A stretch of 32,000 nt of DNA from Deltaproteobacteria bacterium (lineage in GTDB: Bacteria > Desulfobacterota > Syntrophorhabdia > Syntrophorhabdales > Syntrophorhabdaceae). The notes below the pieces were generated by a model that saw nothing but the letters and a program-made list of their open reading frames with translations, was not told where the DNA came from and ran no database searches. The position numbers were made by a program, and so were the translations under genes. Shown piece by piece: positions 24,834 to 32,000 of this stretch. Where the stretch lies: assembly GCA_029559435.1 (NCBI GenBank), contig JAKQBZ010000189.1, positions 5,103 to 37,102 of the forward strand, written 5' to 3'. Position 1 is the stretch's first letter. Each line of letters starts with the position of its first letter.

Positions 24834-24892
24834 CACGTGAAACAATATCGAAATCCTAGTGCGGTCGTGCTGATTGTTTCACGTGGAACATT
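24834..24892. repeat. 13-bp perfect hairpin carrying CACGTG cores and a family-2 repeat word (family 2, short copy C)
   Basis: CACGTGAAACAAT (24834-24846) pairs with ATTGTTTCACGTG (24873-24885) around a 26-nt loop. The element contains AAACAATATCGAAATCCTAG and ends CACGTGGAACATT, as at 27775-27786. It lies between convergent genes. Confidence 0.7.
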
Positions 24893-25002
24893 CCCGGCGG
24901 GCGGTCTTTCTTTCTTCATGCCTTACGGCTCATGATCTACGCATGCCTTGCTGTGGGCCGGCCTTCTCAACGAACGCACAACGCCGAACGCATCCCGCCG
25001 CA

Positions 25003-25683
25003 TCAATCTCCGTACTCTTCAAGGTAGCGCTCGATGTATTCGGTCACCTTTTCGTTGGGCCGGTACACGCCGAAATGCCCTTCGCAGAGGATGTCGGCCT
25101 TGAGGGCAAGGAGCTTTTCCATGGACTTCTGCCACCGGGATATATCTGCGCCAAACTCCGCGAGGAAAGGGCCGTGGATATCCTGGCCGAAGAGGACCCT
25201 CCCCGCCAAGGTATCCGTATAAACGGAGATCGAGCCGGGCGTGTGGCCGGGCGTATGGAGGCAGACAACGTCGCCCCGGGGAAATTTAAGGCGATGCTGC
25301 TCGCCGGAGATCTTCACGTCAACGGAGAGAGGGGCGAAGGTAACGCCGTACCAGTGCGCAGCCGTCATCCTGTCGTCGCCCCTTTCAACCGCGCCGGCGT
25401 CGAGTTCGTGCATGACAATTCGCGGGCCGAACTGTTTCTTGAAAACATGCGCCCCGCCGACATGGTCTATGTGGCAATGGGTGAGGATGACCGTCGTAAT
25501 CTTTGCGGGATCAAGCCCAAGGCGTGCAATGTTGCCGGTTATGGCCTCGACGCTGGCGCCCGCGCCGGCGTCGATGAGGATCAACTCGCCGGCGTCGATG
25601 AGATATACCGAACAGTCCTTGGGGTCGGTAATATCCGAGCTGCCGACAATATATATGCCCTTAACAATCTCTTCCGGACCCAT
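25003..25683 (-). CDS. MBL-fold metallo-hydrolase
   Basis: ATG 25683 is preceded by AGGAG; the track's 25725 start is a TTG. It carries the HxHxDH motif THCHIDHVGG, followed by HTPGHTPGS. Confidence 0.85.
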   Translation of the reverse strand: MGPEEIVKGIYIVGSSDITDPKDCSVYLIDAGELILIDAGAGASVEAITGNIARLGLDPAKITTVILTHCHIDHVGGAHVFKKQFGPRIVMHELDAGAVERGDDRMTAAHWYGVTFAPLSVDVKISGEQHRLKFPRGDVVCLHTPGHTPGSISVYTDTLAGRVLFGQDIHGPFLAEFGADISRWQKSMEKLLALKADILCEGHFGVYRPNEKVTEYIERYLEEYGD

Positions 25684-25818
25684 GCCCTGCTCCTGAATAT
25701 GAATTGCCCTGTACGCAAGGCACAAACAGTCTAAAATCCTGAAGGTTTTTTATCAAGATCTTTTATCGCCGGGAGCGGGCATCCCTTGGCCGGAAGCAGC
25801 AGCAGGGCCGGGTTGGCC

Positions 25819-25848
25819 TTGACACTCCCTTGACTGACGTTGTATTAT
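25819..25848 (+). promoter_or_regulatory. Putative sigma70 promoter of the 25871 hydrolase/hpt unit
   Basis: TTGACA (25819-25824), an 18-nt spacer, then TATTAT (25843-25848). AAGGAGG RBS lies 7 nt before ATG 25871. Confidence 0.45.
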
Positions 25849-25870
25849 CAATAAAAAAGGAGGAACACCT

Positions 25871-26527
25871 ATGAAGATAAAATGGTATGGCCACGCATCA
25901 TTTAAGATAACGACAGAAAAAGGGGTAAGAATTATCATTGACCCTTATGAGTCCGGTATTTTCGGGGGCGCTATCGCCTACGGGAAGGTTACAGATGAAG
26001 CGGATATTGTCCTTACAAGCCACGACCACGAAGACCACAATTATATAAAGGACATTCAGGGAAAATTCAAACATTTCAATCAGGCAGGAACGCACGAAGA
26101 GAAGGGCGTAAAGATACGGGCCATCCCGTCATATCACGATACCTCAAAGGGGAAAGAGAGGGGGGAGAACCTGATCTTTATCATCGACGTTGACGGGCTG
26201 ACCGTAGGGCATATGGGTGACCTCGGCCACATCCTTGAAAAGGACATAGTGAAGCAGATCGGCAAGGTCGACGTCCTTCTTGTGCCCGTAGGGGGCTTTT
26301 ACACAATCGATGCCAAAGAGGCAACGCAGACAATGAACGACCTGGCCTCCCTTGTGACGATACCGATGCATTATAAAACGGAAAAATGCAACCTCCCGAT
26401 AGCAGGAGTCGAAGAGTTTACCAAAGACAAAAAGGCCGTACGGACAACGGGCGGCCCCGAGGTAGAGATCACGAAGGCCAACCTTCCGGAATCGCAGGAG
26501 ATCGTTTTGTTGCAGTATGCCTTGTAG
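25871..26527 (+). CDS. MBL-fold metal-dependent hydrolase (UPF0173/UlaG-like small type)
   Basis: 218 aa with MKIKWYGHASFKI, IIIDPY, TSHDHEDHN and GHMGDLGH. Confidence 0.85.
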   Translation: MKIKWYGHASFKITTEKGVRIIIDPYESGIFGGAIAYGKVTDEADIVLTSHDHEDHNYIKDIQGKFKHFNQAGTHEEKGVKIRAIPSYHDTSKGKERGENLIFIIDVDGLTVGHMGDLGHILEKDIVKQIGKVDVLLVPVGGFYTIDAKEATQTMNDLASLVTIPMHYKTEKCNLPIAGVEEFTKDKKAVRTTGGPEVEITKANLPESQEIVLLQYAL

Positions 26528-26552
26528 AGATTCCCGCGTGGGCCGGGGAGCA

Positions 26553-27077
26553 ATGAAAAAACTTTTTTCGAAGGAAGAGATAGGCGGCGCGGTCAGAAGG
26601 CTTGCCTCATTGATAGAGAAGGATTTCGAAGGCGAGGACATCTTCTTTGTCTGCCTCCTGAAGGGCTCTTTTATGTTTACATCCGACCTGCTGCGCTGCA
26701 TCAGAAACCCGTCCAGGGTAGATTTTATGCGCGTAGCGTCGTACGGGAATGCCATGCAATCGAAAGGGGCGATATCGATCACAAAAGACCTGGAAGAGGA
26801 CATTGAAGGCAAAAACGTGGTCATTGTGGAAGACATTATCGATTCAGGGATAACGTTGAGCTCGGTCAGGGATTTGCTCAAGGAAAGGAAGCCGAAGGTG
26901 CTGAAGATCTGTGCGCTTGTTGACAAGAGGGCTCGCAGGGAGGTGGAGATAGAAGGCGATTACGTAGGGTTTACGATTAACGACGGCTTCATCGTGGGGT
27001 ATGGGATCGACTACGCGGAACTATACAGGAACTGCCCGGAGATATATGTCGTTGAAGAAAACGAAAATGCCGGATAG
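26553..27077 (+). CDS. hpt: Hypoxanthine(-guanine) phosphoribosyltransferase
   Basis: ATG 26553 gives MKKLFSKEEI.... It has the PRPP-binding motif VVIVEDIIDSGITL, plus CLLKGSFMF, KICALVDK and GFIVGYGIDYAELYRN. Confidence 0.9.
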   Translation: MKKLFSKEEIGGAVRRLASLIEKDFEGEDIFFVCLLKGSFMFTSDLLRCIRNPSRVDFMRVASYGNAMQSKGAISITKDLEEDIEGKNVVIVEDIIDSGITLSSVRDLLKERKPKVLKICALVDKRARREVEIEGDYVGFTINDGFIVGYGIDYAELYRNCPEIYVVEENENAG

Positions 27078-27144
27078 CGCCTTGCCGGCAGCCCATGGCC
27101 CATAGCGGCAACAGTATCCAGTACCGGACGCGCAAGGAAATAAC

Positions 27145-27573
27145 GTGTTCTTAACGGCAAAAACGTTACTGTGCGCAGCGCTCATCGCCCTGATTTCTGT
27201 AAGCGCGTAGGCGTTCCGGAACGAACCTGACGGATACGGCGGGATCGCCTGGGGGACAAGTATTTCTGCAGTAAAGGGCATGAAGATGGTGGGCGCCAGG
27301 CCCGGGTTCCCTGACAAGAAAATATATGTAAGGCCCGGGGATGCGCTGCGCTTTGGTCATGTTGACCTGGAAGGCATCGAGTACGAGTTCTTAAGGGGAA
27401 AATTCCGGTCAGCGACCTTGAAGGTAAAGGACCTTGCCCGCTATATGGCCCTTAAAAAGGAAGCCTTCAGGCGCTTTGGCTATGGCCGGGAGCTGCACCC
27501 TTTCGCAGAGAGGTATTTCTGGGAAGGGGAAACCTCGAAGATATACCTTATTTCAGCCTTTGACCTCTCCTGA
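27145..27573 (+). pseudogene. Small secreted protein of unknown function, interrupted by an in-frame TAG directly after its signal peptide
   Basis: GTG 27145 (AAGGAAA RBS at 27134-27140) encodes MFLTAKTLLCAALIALISVSA, followed by TAG at 27208-27210. The same frame then continues AFRNEPDGYGGIAWGTSISAVKGMKMVGARPGF... to the stop at 27571-27573. Only 27280..27573 is an uninterrupted ORF. Confidence 0.55.
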
Positions 27574-27660
27574 GATGATGCCTACGGGGAGGGCCTCCTC
27601 GTCATATCGTCGAAGAAAGCCATGCGCTGATCAGAGGCCAGCCGTCAGTCCCTGAAACTC

Positions 27661-27786
27661 TAAATTCTAAATCCTAAGCACCAAATCCTAAACAATATCA
27701 AAATCCAAATATCAAATGTTCTAAACAAAAACTCCGTATATTTTGAATTTTGAACATTCGAATTTGTTATGTTCCACGTGGAACAT
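27661..27786. repeat. AT-rich low-complexity intergenic repeat (family 2, copy B) ending in a perfect 18-bp palindrome
   Basis: TAAATTCTAAATCCTAAGCACCAAATCCTAAACAATATCAAAATCCAAATATCAAATGTTCTAAAC aligns with 6191-6252. It ends with ATGTTCCACGTGGAACAT (27769-27786), which is its own reverse complement. Confidence 0.75.
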
Positions 27787-27891
27787 GGCTTATAAAAGGG
27801 AGGCGTTGCTGGATGTTTGTAAATCGCGAAGATAGAGGACACATATCGCCCAGAATAGTTTATAATATAACCAAAAACTTCGGAGGCGTCC

Positions 27892-28452
27892 ATGGCGGAC
27901 AGGATGCGGGCGGACGATCACCTTATATCGCGGGACGATTGCGCGCTTATTATCATCGATGTTCAGGAGAGGCTGATACCCGTTATCTCGGGGAAAGAGG
28001 GGGTCGTGCAGAACGTCATACGCCTTGCGCGTTTTGCCGGTATAGCAGGGATCCCCGTTGTGGTCACCGAGCAGGAAAAGCTCGGGTCGACGCTCCCTGA
28101 GGTAAAAAAGGAGCTCGCCGCCTTCAAGCCAGTTCCTAAAACTCACTTTAACTGCTTCGCCTGCAAAGAGTTCAGGGACGAGATGTCAATGATAAACAGG
28201 CATACGCTGATCCTTACAGGCGTAGAAGCCCACATCTGCGTTTTGCAAACGGCGCTCCATGGGGTGGAAAACTATAATGTTCACGTTGTGGGCGACGCAG
28301 TTTCATCGCGCGCTCCTGAAAACAGGAAAGTGGCCATGGACCGCATGATGCAGCGGGGCGCAACGATAACTTCAACAGAGATGTTCATATATGAGATATT
28401 GCGGAAGGCGGGGACCGATGAGTTCAGGGCGACGCTGCCGCTTGTGAAATAA
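27892..28452 (+). CDS. Isochorismatase-family cysteine hydrolase
   Basis: 186 aa with ALIIIDVQ (catalytic Asp context), a conserved Lys region and LILTGVEAHICVLQTA (catalytic Cys). GGAGG RBS precedes the ATG. Confidence 0.88.
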   Translation: MADRMRADDHLISRDDCALIIIDVQERLIPVISGKEGVVQNVIRLARFAGIAGIPVVVTEQEKLGSTLPEVKKELAAFKPVPKTHFNCFACKEFRDEMSMINRHTLILTGVEAHICVLQTALHGVENYNVHVVGDAVSSRAPENRKVAMDRMMQRGATITSTEMFIYEILRKAGTDEFRATLPLVK

Positions 28453-28516
28453 AGCCGGATGGAACAATACGTAAGTCGTATGACCCAAACGTAAATAGAC
28501 TGGATATTCCGGTTCA

Positions 28517-28575
28517 GTTATTGAATATTGGGTATTGGTGATTAATTGGATCTTGGTTATTGGAGATTGGTTATT
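28517..28575. repeat. CCAAT/ACCAA-type low-complexity repeat (family 1, copy 2, opposite orientation)
   Basis: The reverse complement reads AATAACCAATCTCCAATAACCAAGATCCAATTAATCACCAATACCCAATATTCAATAAC. This shares AATAACCAAT, CCAATTAAT, CACCAAT and ACCCAAT with 1230-1295. It lies between convergent genes. Confidence 0.7.
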
Positions 28576-28582
28576 TACTTTA

Positions 28583-29824
28583 CTACTGCTTTACGTATAC
28601 AAGGTCCGTTGCGGAGAAGCTTGTTCCCTTTTTCGGCTTGGCCCAGCTTGCATCCACACCAAAAAGCTCAACGACCTCGATCTCGCCCTTGAAGCTCCCC
28701 TTTTGCCTGCCGAGAGGGGTTTTTGTCTTGGAATCCAATATCTGTTCGCCGGGCGAATATACCTCAAGGATGCCTCCCTTTTCGAGGCCGGACAGCCTCC
28801 CGGCATTGAGATAGACCTTTCCTTCCTCAATGGATGCGATACGGGCATGCCAATCAAGGGTGAGGACCGCCTTGAGGAGGTCGTCGGCGATTATCTCTAT
28901 TGCCAGGTCGATCGATTTCATTTTCGCCTTCTCAGAGCTCATGTCTCCCCCCTCCCGCGACAGGAAGACGGGGTTTCTTCCTGAGAGCTGCTTCAGTATC
29001 GTTCCCGTATCTGTATTGTAGACATCGACAGACAGCTTCGACATGGCGAAGGACGTTTCCTGCTGCTGCTTGCCCTCGATCTTTGACGTGCTTGTATATA
29101 CGTCTGAAAGATTTGCCTTGAGGACCGCCACAACCCCAAAGACCTCATTGAGCGTCTTCAGATTGGTGGGGTCGGTGAGAATACCCTGTATATTCGTAGT
29201 GTTAGGGTCGATGCAAATAGTGGTGCCGGTGTTCTCAAGACGAGAGATAAGCCGTTTTGTTGCCAGTTCCCCGAGGTGTTCTTCTTTATAGTTCGTCGTA
29301 TCCGTTACCGGGAGAACGATGACCTTCCTTTTCATTTTTGGCGAAGGATAATTGAAGTTGACCATGGCAAGGCCCGGCATGAAACCCATGCCAAGCGGGA
29401 TAGATCCCATTTGCATGGGGTATACCATCTGCGGCGCGATCCCCTTCTTCTTTAGCTCTTCTTCGAGCTTGGCGAGCCTTTTCTCCATCTCGTCCCGGTC
29501 CTTTTTCGACGCCGCCCCTCCGGACAAAAGCCCTTCGCCCAGGCCGGGGGAGTACTGGTCTTTTCTGATCCAGACGTATTCGGGCTCATAAGGCGAGAGC
29601 ATGTACCTTCTGTTTCTCGCGTAGATGTATTCAACCCCGTCGATAACCTTAATGTCACCGGGTTTCTGGTCGCCCACCTCCACCTTGTCCACCTTTTCCT
29701 TTTCGCCCTTGGCTTGCGAAGACTTCGCGGTTGTGGCAGGCTTGTCTTCCTTCTTTTTTGTAAAAGGCATGTAACTGCACGACAGGAATGTAAGTGCAAG
29801 AAAGAGAATGATAAATTTTCGCAT
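28583..29824 (-). CDS. Putative lipoprotein, function unknown
   Basis: 413 aa with signal peptide and lipobox MRKFIILFLALTFLSC. It has a Lys/Glu-rich linker, a central region (KRKVIVLPVTDTTN...LGELATKRLISRLENTG) reminiscent of CsgG/LpoB-type lipoproteins, and a C-terminal beta-rich domain. That similarity is a by-eye impression only. Confidence 0.65.
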   Translation of the reverse strand: MRKFIILFLALTFLSCSYMPFTKKKEDKPATTAKSSQAKGEKEKVDKVEVGDQKPGDIKVIDGVEYIYARNRRYMLSPYEPEYVWIRKDQYSPGLGEGLLSGGAASKKDRDEMEKRLAKLEEELKKKGIAPQMVYPMQMGSIPLGMGFMPGLAMVNFNYPSPKMKRKVIVLPVTDTTNYKEEHLGELATKRLISRLENTGTTICIDPNTTNIQGILTDPTNLKTLNEVFGVVAVLKANLSDVYTSTSKIEGKQQQETSFAMSKLSVDVYNTDTGTILKQLSGRNPVFLSREGGDMSSEKAKMKSIDLAIEIIADDLLKAVLTLDWHARIASIEEGKVYLNAGRLSGLEKGGILEVYSPGEQILDSKTKTPLGRQKGSFKGEIEVVELFGVDASWAKPKKGTSFSATDLVYVKQ

Positions 29825-29883
29825 CGCGGTAATTATAAGTCAGAAAGGTTCGCAAAGTCAAATCGTATAAAAGAAAATCGACG

Positions 29884-32000
29884 CTACGCTTCTTGATTAA
29901 AAAGAGGCAGCGTAAAGCGAAAAACACTTCCCTTGCCGGGCGCGCTCTCAACCCAGATCTTCCCTCCATGCGCTTCGACAATTGACCTTACAATAAAAAG
30001 GCCGAGGCCTGATCCGCTTTCCTTTTTTCCAAAGCTCCCTCTCCTGTACTTGTCAAAGATATAAAGGACCTCATCCGCAGGGATCCCTATGCCTTTATCG
30101 CTGACCGACGTAACAATGAAATTCCTGTCCTGCCTTGCGCCTATTAAAACAGGGGAATCTTCGCCTGAAAACTTCATCGCGTTGACAACCAGGTTCACAA
30201 GAACCCTTTCAACATATGACCGGTCGGCAAAAACGGGCGGGAGCACATCCATTTCCGTAACGGCTATCCTCGGGCCGTACAGCTGGGCAATCTCTCTTAG
30301 CACCTCAGCTATATCCATGGCCTTGCGCGCAAGCTCAAGCCTTCCGGACTCGATCTTTGATATATTCAGGTAATTTTCAACAAGGTGATAGATCTTCGAG
30401 GTATTTTCCTGAACGCCGGCGATCTTTTCCCGCAGCGGTCCCTCAAGGTGTCCGTATTTTTCCTTCAGGATCCTGTTCAGGAAGCCGGTCACCGGTACCA
30501 GGTATGACTTGATGTCGTGGGTGATCGATGATATAAAATCGGCCTTGAACTCCTCGACCTTTTTTTCTTTTGAAATGTCCCGAAAAAGGACCACGTGGCC
30601 GGTTTCCTCGCTTTCAAGGATATATGGCGATATGTGTGCGTTCAGATATAAAGGCGATGAAGGGCCTTTGAACAGAAATTCCAGGCGCGTGGCCTGCTGG
30701 CCCGGCTCAATACGAACCTCTTCAAAGACCGTTTTATAGTGCCTGCCTATCGTCTGGTGCCTGTCAACGCCGGTTATTGTTTCTGCAGCCCTGTTAAAGT
30801 AGGTTACCGCCCCCTTGTCGTCCAACGTCATGATACCGTCGTCCATCGTCTCGAGAATGGTAAGAAGCCTTTTCCTGTCGTACTTTATGGTTTTTGATTT
30901 TGCCTCGAGGGCGCTGTTGATGGCTCTCATCGACTCGATGTTCTCGCCAATCGTCTTCTCCCGTGCCGCAATCGATTCGGCCATCTTATTCATCGATGAC
31001 GCGATAAGCTTGAATTCCTTGATCGATATGCCCGTAACGTCTATACGGGACCTCGTGTCCCCTTTTTCTATATCTTTACAGGCATCGACTATCCTGTTAA
31101 GGGAGGGCTTTATGCCGGCGGTGATAAGGAACGCAACAAGAATGACAGCGAGGGCGGAGAGGCACGATATGGTAATGAAGGTGTAAAGAAGTTTCTTTTT
31201 AGAAGGCACGAAAATGTTTTCGTTCACCGCTATCCCGTATGCCCACCGGGTGATCACGTTTCCATATCGATAGGGTTTATAGATGGTAAAATAACCGGTA
31301 TTGCCGATCCGGGTCTTGCCTATATATTTTTCACCCTTGCCGTAGATAGCGTCTGTAATGTCCTGCCGCAGATCCTGTGTCTGGTAGCCGGCAACCTTAA
31401 AGATCGTACTGAAGACCCGTCTTTCTTTATAAAATATCGAAATGAACACGGGCTCATCACGCTTTCTCGCCAGGAGCCCTGATACGTTGTTAACAAAGGC
31501 GCTGCCGCTGTCGAGGACGACAAGCCCCGTTATGCTGCCGGACAATCCGGATGTTTCCCCGAAGGGAACGCTGACGAAGAGCGCAGCACGCTCGACCGCG
31601 CCTGCCTTCACGAAGGTAAAGCCCCTCAAGATGTTCTTTTGCAGTTCCTGCGGAGGCTGAACGTCAACCAGCGGATCGCGAGCCCCGTTGCTCACCGTAA
31701 GGGCAAACCGGCCCTTATTATCAGAAACATGAATTACGTCAATATTTTTTTCCTTGAAGGAATCCTGGAACAGCTGCCGGATCATCTTTTTGTTACGCAG
31801 ACGAAAGGGCTCCTTAAACCTGTTGTTTATCGACAGCCGCGACAGGTGCGTCTCGATGCCGTCGAGCTCCCTGTCGATGGCAAAGTTAAAAAGGTCTACA
31901 TCTGCAGTGAGCCCTTTCTCAAGTTCGTTGACGGCAATCTGTTCTATGGAGGTTATGCCTGAGTAGGTTGTGATAATCGAGAGGATAACGATAAGGGCAA
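29884..32000 (-). CDS. Sensor histidine kinase (TM, periplasmic sensor, TM, HAMP, PAS, HisKA, HATPase_c); 5' end beyond the window
   Basis: The frame stays open to nt 32000 (ALIVILSIITTYSGITSIEQIAV... is the first TM helix), so Met 31785 is internal. It has a second TM (LLYTFITISCLSALAVILVAFLI), PAS (ILETMDDGIMTLDDKGAVTYFNRAAETITG), H-box FISSITHDIKS, N-box NLVVNAMKFS and G-boxes DKGIGIP/GSGLGLFIV. Confidence 0.88.
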   Translation of the reverse strand, partial: ALIVILSIITTYSGITSIEQIAVNELEKGLTADVDLFNFAIDRELDGIETHLSRLSINNRFKEPFRLRNKKMIRQLFQDSFKEKNIDVIHVSDNKGRFALTVSNGARDPLVDVQPPQELQKNILRGFTFVKAGAVERAALFVSVPFGETSGLSGSITGLVVLDSGSAFVNNVSGLLARKRDEPVFISIFYKERRVFSTIFKVAGYQTQDLRQDITDAIYGKGEKYIGKTRIGNTGYFTIYKPYRYGNVITRWAYGIAVNENIFVPSKKKLLYTFITISCLSALAVILVAFLITAGIKPSLNRIVDACKDIEKGDTRSRIDVTGISIKEFKLIASSMNKMAESIAAREKTIGENIESMRAINSALEAKSKTIKYDRKRLLTILETMDDGIMTLDDKGAVTYFNRAAETITGVDRHQTIGRHYKTVFEEVRIEPGQQATRLEFLFKGPSSPLYLNAHISPYILESEETGHVVLFRDISKEKKVEEFKADFISSITHDIKSYLVPVTGFLNRILKEKYGHLEGPLREKIAGVQENTSKIYHLVENYLNISKIESGRLELARKAMDIAEVLREIAQLYGPRIAVTEMDVLPPVFADRSYVERVLVNLVVNAMKFSGEDSPVLIGARQDRNFIVTSVSDKGIGIPADEVLYIFDKYRRGSFGKKESGSGLGLFIVRSIVEAHGGKIWVESAPGKGSVFRFTLPLFNQEA

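Noticed and set aside
25003-27077. Divergent pair of MBL-fold hydrolases plus hpt, considered as a functional module.
   Set aside because: The two hydrolases belong to different MBL subtypes and have ordinary promoters. I could see no linking motif or known pathway, so this is probably coincidental adjacency.
27208-27210. TAG read as pyrrolysine.
   Set aside because: The window contains no pyl genes, no methylamine methyltransferase context and no PYLIS-like evidence. A nonsense mutation or base-call error is more parsimonious.
27750-28100. A 116-aa ORF overlapping the isochorismatase start.
   Set aside because: It is in a different frame from a gene with clear family motifs, it begins inside the repeat element, and its product is Arg/Gly-rich.
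1-32000. Search for tRNA, rRNA, transposase, integrase, toxin-antitoxin or defence genes.
   Set aside because: No spacer showed a cloverleaf-compatible sequence or rRNA-like conservation. No ORF showed DDE, tyrosine/serine recombinase, nuclease-helicase or other defence-type motifs.

Overview
This 32-kb window looks like it comes from an anaerobic Desulfobacterota/deltaproteobacterium-like genome. That guess rests only on a tetraheme cytochrome c3, system II cytochrome c maturation genes and a moderately high GC content judged by eye. I can support about 33 protein genes. From left to right they are: hisB (5' cut by the window edge) and hisH; cytochrome c3 with ccsB/resB and ccsA; purQ; an IHF-beta-like gene; an HDAC-family deacetylase; a small protein, HDOD and pseudo-receiver-GGDEF operon; and a class-I aminotransferase. 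Next comes the most unusual locus. It is a seven-gene minus-strand operon of MmgE/PrpD, MmgE/PrpD, LeuC-like, LeuD-like, LeuB-like, MmgE/PrpD and MFS genes, facing a divergent DctPQM TRAP transporter. It has no condensing enzyme and no regulator. After it come a degraded Zn-alcohol-dehydrogenase remnant, glnA, a cupin, a PilZ protein, two MBL-fold hydrolases, hpt, a small secreted protein interrupted by an in-frame TAG, an isochorismatase-family hydrolase, a lipoprotein, and a HAMP-PAS sensor histidine kinase whose 5' end runs off the window. I saw no rRNA, tRNA, CRISPR array, transposase, integrase or recognisable defence system. Non-coding highlights are two families of AT-rich low-complexity dispersed intergenic repeats (a CCAAT/ACCAA family and an AAATCC/ATATCAAA family ending in CACGTG palindromes), long perfect hairpins, and paired AAATATAT boxes next to both promoters of the PrpD/TRAP divergent region. 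All product calls come from reading motifs by eye; no database search was possible.
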